DNA of 62,788 bases from Candidatus Uhrbacteria bacterium. Lineage in GTDB: Bacteria; Patescibacteriota; Patescibacteriia; UBA9934; GWF2-40-263. Under the pieces are notes generated by a model. That model saw only the letters and a list, made by a program, of their open reading frames with translations, was not told the origin of the DNA and ran no database searches. The translations under genes were made by a program, and so were the position numbers. The stretch lies in NCBI GenBank assembly GCA_023246355.1, contig JAHFIQ010000006.1, forward strand, positions 1 through 62,788, read 5' to 3'. How positions within the stretch are numbered: the first letter of the stretch is position 1; every line of letters starts with the position of its first letter. Below are positions 38,842 to 52,022 of this stretch, one piece after another.

Positions 38842-40632
38842 ATGGATCAGTCGCATATTAGAAATTTCTGCATCATCGCGCACATTGACCACGGCAAGTC
38901 GACCTTGGCAGACCGACTGCTTGAGTTAACCGGGACCGTGGACAAACGCAACATGAAGGCGCAGATTTTAGATTCAATGGACTTGGAGCGCGAGAAGGGG
39001 ATCACGATTAAGTTGGCGCCGGCGAGGATGCAGTACAAGGATCATATGTTGAATCTCATCGACACTCCCGGCCACGTCGATTTCACCTATGAAGTTTCTC
39101 GATCGCTGGCCGCGGTCGAAGGCGCCATTCTTCTGGTGGATGCAACGCAAGGGGTGCAAGCACAAACCATCGGGAACTTGTATCTCGCGATGGAGGAGAA
39201 TCTCGAGATTATTCCTGTGCTCAACAAAATCGATTTGCCAGCGGCAGATGTTGACGCACGCGCCGCAGAGCTCGTGCAACTCATTGGGTGTAAGCGCGAG
39301 GAAATTTTATGTGTGAGCGGAAAGACCGGCGAAGGCGTCACAGAGTTGTTGGATGCGATTGTCACACGTATTCCGCCACCGAAAGGAGATCCAACAGCGG
39401 CTACGCGCGCCCTCATCTTCGATTCTTTTTATGATGACTATCGTGGAGTGATGGCGTATGTCCGTGTCGTGGACGGCGCCCTCAAGAAACGCCAGAAGGT
39501 ACGAATGATCGCCACACAGGTCGAACTCGATCTGCTTGAAGTCGGCGCGGTGACGCCAAACGGGTTGATCGCAGCTGACACGCTCGAATGCGGACAGATT
39601 GGCTATGTGGTGACAGGACTCAAGGAAATCATCGGCTGTCGTGTTGGTGATACGATCACCTCAGCCACCTTGTCCACCTCATCACCTCTTCCTGGTTACA
39701 AAGAAGTCAAACCCATGGTCTATGCGGGTGTGTTTCCGCGGGAAGGTGATGACTTTCATAAATTGCGTGATGCCATGGAGCGGCTCAAGCTCAATGATTC
39801 TGCTCTCCAGTACGAACCTGAACATTCTCCTGCCATCGGCTACGGATTCCGTTGTGGATTGCTTGGCATGCTGCATTTGGAAATTTTGAAGGAGCGACTT
39901 GAGCGCGAGTTCGGCATTACCCTTGTTGTCACCGTGCCATCGGTTGGTTACGAAGTTCTCTTGCGAAGCGGAGAGACGCAAGCCATCAAGTCTCCACTAG
40001 AATTACCAGATCCATCGCACATTGAATTGATTCGTGAGCCATGGGTGAAACTTGATCTTGTTTCGCCATCGGAGTACATCGGTTCGATTATGTCGCTCAT
40101 GCAGGAGAGACGTGGTGTGTATTCAACCACCGAGTATCTCTCGGGTGACCGCGCGATTTTGCATTATGAAATTCCGCTTTCCATGGTGATTGTAGATTTT
40201 TACGATAAGCTCAAGAGCGTCACGGCCGGATACGCGTCCATGAACTACGAAGTCATTGGATACCGCGTGGCGGATGTGGTGCGCATGGACATGTTGGTGG
40301 CGGAGGAAGCTGTGGATGCGTTTGCCACGCTTGTGTATCGTGACGAAGCAGAGAAGACAGGTCGGCGCATGGCGACGATTTTGAAGGATTCAATTCCAAA
40401 AGAAAATTTTGTGATCAAAATTCAAGCGGCCGTAGGGGGAAAGATCGTTGCGTCTGAGAGAATCTCGGCGATGCGCAAAGACGTGACCGCTGGACTCTAT
40501 GGAGGAGACGTGACACGCAAACGTAAGCTTTTGGAGAAACAGAAAAAAGGAAAGGCGAAAATGGCCGCGTTGGGAAAAGGCAAGGTGAGTATTCCGACGG
40601 AAGCGTATTTGAAAGTCTTGAAACGGGAGTAA
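38842..40632 (+). CDS. lepA: Elongation factor 4
   Basis: 'IRNFCIIAHIDHGKSTLADR', 'DTPGHVDF', 'RKDVTAGLYGGDVTRKRKLLEKQKKGK'. Confidence 0.97.
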   Translation: MDQSHIRNFCIIAHIDHGKSTLADRLLELTGTVDKRNMKAQILDSMDLEREKGITIKLAPARMQYKDHMLNLIDTPGHVDFTYEVSRSLAAVEGAILLVDATQGVQAQTIGNLYLAMEENLEIIPVLNKIDLPAADVDARAAELVQLIGCKREEILCVSGKTGEGVTELLDAIVTRIPPPKGDPTAATRALIFDSFYDDYRGVMAYVRVVDGALKKRQKVRMIATQVELDLLEVGAVTPNGLIAADTLECGQIGYVVTGLKEIIGCRVGDTITSATLSTSSPLPGYKEVKPMVYAGVFPREGDDFHKLRDAMERLKLNDSALQYEPEHSPAIGYGFRCGLLGMLHLEILKERLEREFGITLVVTVPSVGYEVLLRSGETQAIKSPLELPDPSHIELIREPWVKLDLVSPSEYIGSIMSLMQERRGVYSTTEYLSGDRAILHYEIPLSMVIVDFYDKLKSVTAGYASMNYEVIGYRVADVVRMDMLVAEEAVDAFATLVYRDEAEKTGRRMATILKDSIPKENFVIKIQAAVGGKIVASERISAMRKDVTAGLYGGDVTRKRKLLEKQKKGKAKMAALGKGKVSIPTEAYLKVLKRE

Positions 40633-40800
40633 CTCAGGACAGAGTCCGTCAAAAACACGGGGTCGCCCACCCATGTTGATACCTGACGGTCGTGAACGGC
40701 GCCCCTCGTCACTCAGGCCACGAGCGCATCTTCCCTATGCCTGTCGCAGGAACATGTGTGGCCTTCCGTGACGGTTTTTGTCAGACTCTGTCCTGAGTTA
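40630..40800. repeat. Structured element with a 17-bp terminal inverted repeat starting at the lepA stop codon
   Basis: TAACTCAGGACAGAGTC (40630-40646) / GACTCTGTCCTGAGTTA (40784-40800). Confidence 0.65.
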
Positions 40801-40806
40801 CTGAAT

Positions 40807-42540
40807 ATGAAAATGCAATGGCTCGTTGCGGAACAACTTCCAGGTCAAGCGCGAGAGTCATTTCCAGAGATGGATCCTGTTTTGTTGCAACTCCTGTGGA
40901 ATCGTGGTGTGCGAACGCAGGAGGCGGTGGATGTGTATCTTGGACCTGATTGGAGTCGGGATGCGTTTGCGCCCGATCTTTTTTTGCGGATGAAGGATGC
41001 TGTCGCGCGTGTCTTTACGTCACTGGAAAAGGGTGAGGTCATCACCGTGCACGGTGATTATGATGCAGATGGTGTGTGTGGATCTGCCGTGTTGCTTTCA
41101 ACACTCCGAGACATCTGTCGTGCGCTCGGGTTTGAGGAGAAGAAGATGACCAGCTATATCCCACATCGAGAAAAAGAAGGATATGGCATGAGTTGCGAAA
41201 CGATTGAGCATCTGAACGAACACGAACAGACAAAACTCGTTATCACGGTTGATTGCGGGATCAGCAACAAGCCTGCGATTGATCGAGGTCACGAACTCGG
41301 AATCGATACGATTGTCTGCGATCACCATACGATGCCCTCACAGCTGCCCCAGACAGCCATCTTGATTCATCCGTTAGTCCCTGGCGAAACGTATCCAAAC
41401 AAGCAGTTGTGTGGCACAGGTGTGGCGTTCAAGCTTGCCAGTGCCTTGATTGAAGAATCCAAAACACGTGGCGCGTCCTTTCCAGATGGCTATGAGAAAT
41501 GGCTGCTGGATTTGGTCGCGATTGCCACCGTGACAGACGTGATGCCGCTCACGGGTGAAAATCGAGTGTTGGAAAAGTTTGGGCTGCTCGTGCTCAATAA
41601 AACAAAACGCAAGGGACTCGTGAAGCTTTTGGAAGTTGCTGGCTCGACCCTCGGTGAACTGGACACGGTCTCGATTGGTTTTCAAATTGGTCCTCGGTTA
41701 AACGCCGCAGGACGGATGACGCATGCAAGTGCCGCTCTTGAGTTGTTGCTTGAAGAGGATGATTTACGCGCCACACAGTTGGCGATGCAGTTACACGAGA
41801 CAAACATCACACGACAAAAAGCGTCGCAGCAGATGTACCTTGAAGCCAAGGCGCAGCTTGGTGATGTAACAGGACAGAAGCTTCTTGTCGCGGTGCAAGA
41901 AGGCTGGGGGGCCGGACTTGTGGGCTTGGTTGCTGGAAAGTTGTTGAATGAATTTCATGTTCCTGTTTTGGTTGTGGGCCGTGAGGGGGAAAGGTTTGTT
42001 GGATCTGGTAGAAGCATCGATGGTTTTGATGTGACCGCGGCCCTGCGAGCCGCGAGCGAGCACTTGGATAAATTTGGTGGCCATCCACAAGCGTGTGGGT
42101 TTTCAACCACAGGCGAGGAGCGATTTATTAAAGCCGTTGAAGTCATGAAGGCGTTTGCTTCTCAGAACATCGATGACGCGCTTTTGAGTCCATCACTCAA
42201 GATTGATGCACAGATCCAGCTCGAAGACATCACCTGGGAGTTGTACGACAACATCCAACAGCTGCGTCCGTTTGGTACAGGAAATCCATCGCCGTTATTT
42301 ATGTCACGGCACCTGAACGTCGTGGCATTTTCTGCCGTCGGCAAAGACGGCAGTCATCTCAAGCTGCGCGTTCAGTCCGCGGGTGGTAAGATAGTCGATG
42401 CGATCGGTTTCCGATTCGGCGAGTGGATTTCTCGGTTGAGTCTTGGTTGCCAGATCGACCTTGTCTACGAGATCGATGTAAACGAATGGAACGGCCACCG
42501 CGAGTTGCAGATTAAAATTGTTGAGCTTGTATGCTCGTAA
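40807..42540 (+). CDS. recJ: ssDNA-specific exonuclease RecJ
   Basis: 'GDYDADG', 'ITVDCG', DHH, 'PRLNAAGR', 'GSGRS', 'GGHPQACG', 'PFGTGNP'. Confidence 0.96.
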   Translation: MKMQWLVAEQLPGQARESFPEMDPVLLQLLWNRGVRTQEAVDVYLGPDWSRDAFAPDLFLRMKDAVARVFTSLEKGEVITVHGDYDADGVCGSAVLLSTLRDICRALGFEEKKMTSYIPHREKEGYGMSCETIEHLNEHEQTKLVITVDCGISNKPAIDRGHELGIDTIVCDHHTMPSQLPQTAILIHPLVPGETYPNKQLCGTGVAFKLASALIEESKTRGASFPDGYEKWLLDLVAIATVTDVMPLTGENRVLEKFGLLVLNKTKRKGLVKLLEVAGSTLGELDTVSIGFQIGPRLNAAGRMTHASAALELLLEEDDLRATQLAMQLHETNITRQKASQQMYLEAKAQLGDVTGQKLLVAVQEGWGAGLVGLVAGKLLNEFHVPVLVVGREGERFVGSGRSIDGFDVTAALRAASEHLDKFGGHPQACGFSTTGEERFIKAVEVMKAFASQNIDDALLSPSLKIDAQIQLEDITWELYDNIQQLRPFGTGNPSPLFMSRHLNVVAFSAVGKDGSHLKLRVQSAGGKIVDAIGFRFGEWISRLSLGCQIDLVYEIDVNEWNGHRELQIKIVELVCS

Positions 42541-42935
42541 AAATTTTTACCGATGGGGGATCGCGGGGGAATCCGGGGCCAGCGGCCTCGGGGGCGGTGA
42601 TTAAGTCTGCCACGGGTGAGACGATTGCCAATGTCTCCAAGTATTTAGGCAAGACGACCAACAACCAAGCCGAGTACACCGCGATCATCATCGGGCTCAA
42701 AAAAGCCCACGAACTTGGCGCCACGTCTGTGTCGATGTTTATGGACTCCGAGCTCGCCTGTAAACAGTTGAACGGCGTGTATCGTGTGAAAGATCCTGAA
42801 ATAGCGAAACGATTTTTGGAGATTCGAAATTTGATGCATCACTTTACCCGTGTGACGTTCACCCATGTCCGCCGTGAAAAAAACACGGAGGCCGATGCGA
42901 TTGTGAATAAGTGTTTGGATGCTCACCGCTGCTAA
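42531..42935 (+). CDS. rnhA: Ribonuclease HI family protein
   Basis: 'FTDGGSRGNPG', 'TNNQAEY', 'DSEL', 'HVRREKNTEAD'. Confidence 0.92.
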   Translation: MLVKIFTDGGSRGNPGPAASGAVIKSATGETIANVSKYLGKTTNNQAEYTAIIIGLKKAHELGATSVSMFMDSELACKQLNGVYRVKDPEIAKRFLEIRNLMHHFTRVTFTHVRREKNTEADAIVNKCLDAHRC

Positions 42936-42985
42936 GCCTCGGCAACAGATCTACTGCCGAAGCTATGTTATAATAGAATTCATCT

Positions 42986-44104
42986 ATGGGCTTGTTCGGG
43001 AAGAAAAAGCCAGACAGTTTTTTGGGAGTCGACATTGGAGCGAGCAGTATTAAAGTTGTTGAGTTTGCAAATAAGAAAGGCCGCGCGACGCTGCTCACCT
43101 ATGGATACGGGGAACTTCCTACGGCCGAGGCAGGGGATACACTGTTTGATAATCCCAAAGCGGCTGGAGAGTTGTTAGCTCGTGTGTGTAAAGAAGCTGG
43201 CTGCAAATCGACCTCTGTCATGGCAGCCCTGCCCACATCAAATGTTTTTTCAACCATCCTTTCCATCCCCGAGGTCAAGGACGCACGACAACGTCAGTCC
43301 GTGGTGAACGCCGAAGTCGCCAAGCTGTCTCCTCTCCCACTCACGGAGATGATTTTGCAAACAACGTTTTTGGATGACGAAAAAAAAACCGATGCCAAAA
43401 TAGACAAAAAGAAAGACATGGTTCCAGCAGTTCCACAAGAAAAAAGAAAAGATTTTCGTGTGCTCGTGACCGGGGCGGCCAAAACGTTTATCCAGAAGTA
43501 CATCGAGACATTCAAGGCAGCCAAGTTAAATCTGCAAGCGATTGACACCGAAGCCCTGGCGCTTGTTCGTGCGCTGATTGGAAAAGACAAGGGCGCCATC
43601 ATGATGCTCGACATCGGTTCTAAACGGACGAACATTATCATTGTCGAAAAAGGGATCCCGTTTGTCTCTCGTTCGATTACGATCGGCGGTAACACGGTGA
43701 ACAGTCAACTCATGCGCACCATGGGATTGTCCGAGATGGACGCGGATCGTGTGAAACGCGATTTGGGCATTGCTCCGCCCGAGCAGACAGGTCTCGCTGG
43801 CGGGCTTCCTAAACTGCTTGAGCCCATCATGCAGCCGCTCTTAAACGAAATTCGCTACGCGTTTCAACTGTACGCCAACATGGAGCTCGCCCAGATTAAA
43901 AAAGTTGAAAAGATTATTGTGACAGGCGGTTCAGCCCATCTGCCTCGTATTCCAGAATATCTCGCAACAACGCTGAACATGAATGTGTATCGAGGCGATC
44001 CCTGGGCTCGTGTGGTGTATCCGCAGACGCTTGAAAGCGTCCTTGAGGAAATCGGTCCTCGGATGAGTGTGGCTGTTGGTTTGGCCATGCGAGAAATGGA
44101 TTAG
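42986..44104 (+). CDS. pilM: Type IV pilus assembly protein PilM
   Basis: 'GVDIGASSIKVVE', 'LDIGSKRT', 'VTGGSA', 'VAVGLAMR'. Confidence 0.92.
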   Translation: MGLFGKKKPDSFLGVDIGASSIKVVEFANKKGRATLLTYGYGELPTAEAGDTLFDNPKAAGELLARVCKEAGCKSTSVMAALPTSNVFSTILSIPEVKDARQRQSVVNAEVAKLSPLPLTEMILQTTFLDDEKKTDAKIDKKKDMVPAVPQEKRKDFRVLVTGAAKTFIQKYIETFKAAKLNLQAIDTEALALVRALIGKDKGAIMMLDIGSKRTNIIIVEKGIPFVSRSITIGGNTVNSQLMRTMGLSEMDADRVKRDLGIAPPEQTGLAGGLPKLLEPIMQPLLNEIRYAFQLYANMELAQIKKVEKIIVTGGSAHLPRIPEYLATTLNMNVYRGDPWARVVYPQTLESVLEEIGPRMSVAVGLAMREMD

Positions 44105-44105
44105 T

Positions 44106-44483
44106 ATGGCAAGACCCAAAAAACGTACAGTGCTGTTGATCGACCAGGATGCCCATGCCCTCACCATTTATGAAAAACGGTTTGAGGCTGCTGGATGGAA
44201 GGTCACGCGCGCGAAAAGTTTTGATGAGGCAAAAAAGCGTTTGACGCGGTCGATTCCCGATGCCCTCGTGACAGATCTTCATCCGCTCGCTGAGGGCCTC
44301 GTCTTTCTAGAGGACATCAATCAGGATCCGGTTCTGACAAGGGTTATCCGAATCGTTCTCACAGACGTTGGCGATCGGCGGACGATCAAAGAAGTCGAAG
44401 GACTGGGGATCAACGCGTATGTCCTCAAAGGCCATGTGTCTGCTCAATCGCTCATCAACAAAGTAAAATCTTTCCTTGTATGA
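44106..44483 (+). CDS. Single-domain response regulator (receiver-like, divergent)
   Basis: 'VLLIDQD', 'PDALVTDL', 'IVLT', 'AYVLKG' CheY-like pattern. Confidence 0.7.
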   Translation: MARPKKRTVLLIDQDAHALTIYEKRFEAAGWKVTRAKSFDEAKKRLTRSIPDALVTDLHPLAEGLVFLEDINQDPVLTRVIRIVLTDVGDRRTIKEVEGLGINAYVLKGHVSAQSLINKVKSFLV

Positions 44484-44983
44484 ACAATAAAAAGGGGTTT
44501 ACGCTCGTCGAGCTGCTCGTCATTGTGGCGATCATTGCTCTTGTCACCACATTCGCGGCTGTGGCCGTGAATGCCGCGCGCTCCAAACAGCGCGACGCGA
44601 CAAGGCTTTCCAATGTGCGGCAGATTCAATCTGCCCTGGAGGATTCTTTTAATGAAACAAACACCTATCCCAGTGGCGATCTTCTTCCCTTGGGTGACGC
44701 AACGCAAAGTGTCTGTCTTGGTTCAAGTGGATTTTCCGCTGACTGTTCCTCTGCAGATGCCGTATTTCTGCGTGTCGTTCCAGAAACCTATGAAGACGGA
44801 CTCGAAGGTGTTGTAACGTGCGGTGAGCCAGCCAGGCGCGCCTTCTGCTACTCTGTGAAGGATGACGGCGACTCCTATGTGATTTATTTTGAATTGGAAA
44901 ATGCTTTTACACCCGTTGGTCTGCAAGCAGGAGTGAATTGCGCGACACCAGATGGCATGGAAGCGGGGACGTGTGCTGATTAA
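44480..44983 (+). CDS. Type IV pilin / pseudopilin
   Basis: Class III signal 'KKG-FTLVELLVIVAII', 'ARSKQRDATRLSNV'. Confidence 0.92.
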   Translation: MNNKKGFTLVELLVIVAIIALVTTFAAVAVNAARSKQRDATRLSNVRQIQSALEDSFNETNTYPSGDLLPLGDATQSVCLGSSGFSADCSSADAVFLRVVPETYEDGLEGVVTCGEPARRAFCYSVKDDGDSYVIYFELENAFTPVGLQAGVNCATPDGMEAGTCAD

Positions 44984-45107
44984 TACGGAGACAACGGGAA
45001 GCACAACCATTTTCGTTTCGCGGAACTGTCCGACCCCACGCTGACAATGATGTGGGGCTCGCCAGTCCGCTCATCGAAAATGTTTGTCTTCCCGTTGTCT
45101 CGCATCT

Positions 45108-45854
45108 ATGATTTCTTTCGTGATGTTCTTGCTTGGACTCTGTGTGGGAAGTTTTTTGAACGTCGCGATCTTTCGCATACACGAGGGAGAGTCGGTCGTT
45201 CGAGGTCGATCGAAGTGTCAGTCGTGCGAGGAACCTATCAGTCCACGTGATCTTGTTCCGGTTTTCAGCTATCTCATCTTGAAAGGGCGATGTCGACGTT
45301 GTCAATCTATTCTTTCGTGGCAGTATCCTGTGGTTGAGCTGGTCACGGGAGTTTTATTTTTGCTGGCGTTTCAAAAGCACGGCCTGAGTCTTATCTTCGT
45401 CCGCGATGCGGTTTTCGTGAGCTACCTGATCATTATTTTTGTCTACGACCTGCGCCACATGTTGATTATCGATCGGTTCACGATTCCGGCCATGATCTTT
45501 GCCGTGATCGTGAACCTCTGGCTTGGCATCATCCCAGCTTGGTCGATCCTCGTCGGCGGTTTAGTGCTTGCCGCATTTTTCTGGATTCAGTTTCTGATCT
45601 CAAAAGGAACATGGGTTGGTGGTGGGGATATCCGCATGGGAGCGCTGATGGGATTCATGTTAGGCTTGGAGCATGGGTTGGTGGCGTTGTTTCTGGCATA
45701 CGTGATGGGGGCGATCGTGGGAGTGGGTTTGCTTGCCACAGGCAAAGCCAATCGTAAGACTCCCATACCGTTTGGGACGTTTCTTACGACCGCGACGGTG
45801 ATGATGTTGTTTGTCGGTGAAGGACTCATTCGTTGGTATCTGAGTTTATTTTAA
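45108..45854 (+). CDS. pilD: Prepilin peptidase
   Basis: 'GSFLNV', two CxxC pairs, 'YPVVE', 'GGGDI', 'IPFGTFL'; exact start uncertain. Confidence 0.92.
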   Translation: MISFVMFLLGLCVGSFLNVAIFRIHEGESVVRGRSKCQSCEEPISPRDLVPVFSYLILKGRCRRCQSILSWQYPVVELVTGVLFLLAFQKHGLSLIFVRDAVFVSYLIIIFVYDLRHMLIIDRFTIPAMIFAVIVNLWLGIIPAWSILVGGLVLAAFFWIQFLISKGTWVGGGDIRMGALMGFMLGLEHGLVALFLAYVMGAIVGVGLLATGKANRKTPIPFGTFLTTATVMMLFVGEGLIRWYLSLF

Positions 45855-45862
45855 CCATTTTT

Positions 45863-48284
<2,422 letters not shown>

Positions 48285-48285
48285 T

Positions 48286-48591
48286 ATGAAATTCACCCGA
48301 GAAGAAATCTTGCAGATTGCCAAGCTGAGTCGGTTGCATTTGGAGGAGGACGAGATTGAGGAGTATCGCGAGTCCCTTGGCTCTATTTTGGAGTATGTTG
48401 CCAAGCTTCAGGAACTGAAGACCGACGATGTACCAGAATTACAGCACGCGGCCGAGGTGAAAAATGTGTTTCGTGCTGATGTGGTGGAAGGGTGTGATGA
48501 AGAGGTCCGTCATCGCGCGATAGACAATTTTACAGACAAAGAAGGCGACCTCTTGAAAGTGCAGGCCGTATTCGAAGGACGTACAGAATAA
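48286..48591 (+). CDS. gatC: Asp/Glu-tRNA amidotransferase subunit C
   Basis: 'IAKLSRL', 'ILEYVAKL', 'NVFRAD'; precedes gatA. Confidence 0.9.
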   Translation: MKFTREEILQIAKLSRLHLEEDEIEEYRESLGSILEYVAKLQELKTDDVPELQHAAEVKNVFRADVVEGCDEEVRHRAIDNFTDKEGDLLKVQAVFEGRTE

Positions 48592-48592
48592 T

Positions 48593-50050
48593 ATGGATGA
48601 ACGTTTAACGATCGCAAGCGCGAAAGCAAATCTTGAAAAAGGATCTTTGAGTGCAGAGGCACTCGTAGGTTCATGTTTGGAAACGATTAAACAAGGCGAC
48701 AAAGACGTCCATGCATTTTTGGAATTGTCGCAGACAGCTATTGAGGAAGCTCGGGCGATTGACGCTCGTCGCAACGCCGGGGAACAGCTTGGTCCTCTTG
48801 CCGGGATTCCTGTGGCCATGAAAGACAACATGCTGGTGCAGGGCTGGGAGTCAACGGCCGGTGCGCTCATCTTGGAAGGTCACAAGGGTTCCTACAACGC
48901 GACGGTCACACAACGATTGAAGGATGCAGGTGCCATCTTAATCGGACGGACCAACATGGACGATGCGGCCATGGGTTCTTCTACCGAGACGTCTCATTGG
49001 GGACCAACGAAAAATCCTTGGGACATGACAAAGGTTCCGGGTGGTTCAAGTGGTGGTTCTGCTGCGGCGGTCGCTGCGGGATTTGTTCCTGTTTCCCTTG
49101 GCTCAGATACAGGTGGGTCGATTCGTCAGCCGGCATCTTTGTGTGGCGTCGTTGGACTCAAACCCACGTACGGCCGTGTATCTCGCTATGGACTGATCGC
49201 GCTTGCGTCCAGCTTGGATCAAATCGGTCCGTTTGCCCATACGGTGGAAGATGCGGCGCTCATGTTGCAGGTCATTGAAGGCAAAGATCCACGTGACGCC
49301 ACATCGGTCGATCTCACGCAGACCACGATTCCAGAGTTGATTGAGAAAGACGTGCGCGGATTGAAGCTTGGTTTGCCAAAGGAGTATTTTCTCGAGGGCA
49401 TGGATCCTGCTGTCAAAAAGACCGTGCTTGAGGCGGTCGATCGGTTAGTTGCTGCAGGGGCGCAGATCGAAGAGATTTCATTGCCGCACGCTGAGTATGC
49501 ACTCGCCGCGTATTACATCATCCAGCCAGCTGAGGCCAGTTCAAACCTCGGTCGATTTGACGGATTGCGCTACGGTTATCACTCGAGCGGCCAGAATTTG
49601 AAAGAGACATACGAACGAACGCGTGGGGAGGGATTTGGCAGGGAAGTGAAGCGACGCATCATGCTTGGTTCCTACACGCTTTCGGCGGGATACTACGATG
49701 CCTACTATCGCAAGGCCCTCAAAGTGCGGTCGCTTATCAAAAAAGATTTTGACGACGCGCTTAAAATCGTCGACGCGATCGTGACACCGACCTCTCCTTC
49801 CGTTGCCTGGGGCTTGGGAGAAAAATTCAACGATCCATTGACCATGTATCTGTCCGACATTTACACGATCACGGCTAACCTTGCGACGATTCCCGCGATG
49901 TCGATTCCCTGTGGATTTGTCAACGACCTTCCGGTTGGTTTACAGATCATGGGCAAAGCGTTTGATGAGTACACGTTGTTTCGAATCGGCGCAACGTATC
50001 AGTCTCTCACAGATTGGTATCTTCGATCTCCCGACACCTTTTCCACCTAG
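48593..50050 (+). CDS. gatA: Asp/Glu-tRNA amidotransferase subunit A
   Basis: Amidase signature '[11 protein letters not shown]', '[12 protein letters not shown]', 'EVKRRIMLG'. Confidence 0.96.
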   Translation: MDERLTIASAKANLEKGSLSAEALVGSCLETIKQGDKDVHAFLELSQTAIEEARAIDARRNAGEQLGPLAGIPVAMKDNMLVQGWESTAGALILEGHKGSYNATVTQRLKDAGAILIGRTNMDDAAMGSSTETSHWGPTKNPWDMTKVPGGSSGGSAAAVAAGFVPVSLGSDTGGSIRQPASLCGVVGLKPTYGRVSRYGLIALASSLDQIGPFAHTVEDAALMLQVIEGKDPRDATSVDLTQTTIPELIEKDVRGLKLGLPKEYFLEGMDPAVKKTVLEAVDRLVAAGAQIEEISLPHAEYALAAYYIIQPAEASSNLGRFDGLRYGYHSSGQNLKETYERTRGEGFGREVKRRIMLGSYTLSAGYYDAYYRKALKVRSLIKKDFDDALKIVDAIVTPTSPSVAWGLGEKFNDPLTMYLSDIYTITANLATIPAMSIPCGFVNDLPVGLQIMGKAFDEYTLFRIGATYQSLTDWYLRSPDTFST

Positions 50051-50072
50051 TCCACCTCGTCCACCTTTTCAC

Positions 50073-50849
50073 ATGATCCCTTACTTCCAATTCACTTCTT
50101 TTCACCTTGGTCCCGTCCCGATTCAAGTGTGGGGATTGTTTGTGTCGCTGGGCATTTTGGCCGGTGCTTGGGCGGCGGCGCGGATGGCCAAGATGAGGGG
50201 ACAGGATCCAGAAATCATTTGGGACTTGTCGGCCACGGTGATTGTCGCAGCGTTTATCGGAGCGCGGCTCGTTCACATGGTCTACGAGCCGAGCACCTAC
50301 CTTCAGGATCCTGTCGAGTTTTTCCGTATCTGGCATGGCGGGTTCTCGATCATGGGAGGATTTCTCGGTGCGCTTCCAGCTGGGATTTGGTTTTTACGAA
50401 AACGTCAGGTAGATGTTTTTGCCTACGCGGACACCGCCATATTTGGTCTTCCACTCGGAATTTTCATTGGTCGCATTGGCTGTTTCCTCATCCACGATCA
50501 TCCAGGAACGCTGACGAATTTTCCCCTCGGCGTTCAGTACCCCGACGGCGTGCGGCATGATCTTGGTCTCTACGATTCAATTAACGGGTTGATATTGTTC
50601 CTCGTGTTCCTTCTGCTCGTGCATCGAAAGGCCAAGACCGGAACCTTCGTTGTCGTGTTTCTTTTTTGGTACGGCATCGTAAGGTTCCTCCTCGATTTTC
50701 TCCGCGCCACCAACGGCCCGATCGTGGACACGCGTTACTTCAACCTCACTCCCGCCCAGTATCTCGCTGTGGTCATGGTGGTGGGAGGGGTGTGGGTGTG
50801 GAGGAAAAAGTTTTTCCATCCTTCTGTCCGTGGACCCATGGGGGATTGA
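50073..50849 (+). CDS. lgt: Prolipoprotein diacylglyceryl transferase
   Basis: 'IGARL', 'IWHGGFSIMGG', 'GRIGCF', 'YGIVRFLLDFLR'. Confidence 0.9.
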   Translation: MIPYFQFTSFHLGPVPIQVWGLFVSLGILAGAWAAARMAKMRGQDPEIIWDLSATVIVAAFIGARLVHMVYEPSTYLQDPVEFFRIWHGGFSIMGGFLGALPAGIWFLRKRQVDVFAYADTAIFGLPLGIFIGRIGCFLIHDHPGTLTNFPLGVQYPDGVRHDLGLYDSINGLILFLVFLLLVHRKAKTGTFVVVFLFWYGIVRFLLDFLRATNGPIVDTRYFNLTPAQYLAVVMVVGGVWVWRKKFFHPSVRGPMGD

Positions 50850-50995
50850 ACGACGAGGATAGCGAGAGAAGAACAAAATGATATTTTGTTCTTTCGAGCG
50901 ACGCAGTCGTTCCTGCTCGAGCGAAGCGAGAGCAACACCCCAGTCACCATGGGTGATAATCCTGGTGACGCACCAAGCTGGGCCCACGGGCAGAA
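50822..50995. repeat. Structured element overlapping the lgt 3' end
   Basis: Imperfect inverted repeat TTCTGTCCGTGGACCCA / TGGGCCCACGGGCAGAA; contains GAGCGAAGCGAG. Confidence 0.5.
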
Positions 50996-51205
50996 AGACA
51001 CAAAATAAAACACTCCTCCAAAAGTAAAAGACATTACATCATCACTTATATGGGGGAGTATTTATTTTTCACCAGGATTATCACTTATTCCTATTCAATC
51101 ATTGTTTTTATTTTGTGTCAATTAGCATGGTGTGAATAAGTCAGCGTATGAAAGAAAAACACCAACAGCATGTTGGTGTGTGCGAGGAGATAGGTTCCCC
51201 CTGTA

Positions 51206-51706
51206 TTAGCGACGTCGAAGCGAGATGACCATTCCGTGACGATCCGGTTCGTAAGGTCCGAGTGGATCCATCTCGTGACGGCGGATGTACTCGGCCAGAT
51301 CGGCCGCGTGATTGGCTTCGTTCACGGCCCGACGATGGAGCTCATCGTAGTACAGTGAGATGTAGTACGTTGAGAATCCTTTCTCGCGAAGGAGATCGCG
51401 AAGATTTACCGAATGAAACGATTTGGTGTCGCGCCAGGGCGGAAATTGAGGCCAGAGAGTTTCGAGCCCCTCCTCGAGGATGTCTTTCTTCCCTGAGCAG
51501 GCCAGCCGGTAGGCTTGTTCGAGAATCTCGCCAAGGTAGAGATCAAGATCCTCCTTGCTGAATCCCATTTTCTTGAGTCGTTCGAAGGCGCCTGGGATCG
51601 AACCAGTGCCTGGGTATGTCACGTTCCCGTTTTCGTGCGCGATGATTCTCAGGAGCATCACGGCCTGGGCTCGATCCCATCCTTCAGTCCAATTCCGACC
51701 TGACAT
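51206..51706 (-). CDS. Hypothetical protein (ORFan cassette)
   Basis: TTGCTC-17-TATGCT promoter, AAAGGAG RBS. Confidence 0.65.
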   Translation of the reverse strand: MSGRNWTEGWDRAQAVMLLRIIAHENGNVTYPGTGSIPGAFERLKKMGFSKEDLDLYLGEILEQAYRLACSGKKDILEEGLETLWPQFPPWRDTKSFHSVNLRDLLREKGFSTYYISLYYDELHRRAVNEANHAADLAEYIRRHEMDPLGPYEPDRHGMVISLRRR

Positions 51707-52022
51707 GGCTTCTCCTTTGTTGTCTTGACTGCGTGGCGTTCACGCATGGCAAGCATAGATACTGGTCAAGACCGGAGCAAAGAAATCATCTTGTTATCCT
51801 GCAAGAATAAAAATTCCCCACGTTTTCAGTCCGTTTCATGCATAGGCATTGTCAGAATTTGGCCGGCATTGATAGCAGCTGTTTTGTTCAGCAGACAACA
51901 TCAAAATTATGGAAAATTAGAAAATTGCCGCCGAAAAGTTGACAAAACTGCCAACAAAAAATAGCCTAGAGATAGGCTGTTTTTTATTTATCCACACAGA
52001 GGAACGATTTTTGTTCACACCT

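Noticed and set aside
51000..52000. Possible oriC (AT-rich stretch; DnaA-box matches at 51131 and 51988, also 18259)
   Set aside because: Boxes are few and scattered, and neither dnaA nor dnaN is nearby.
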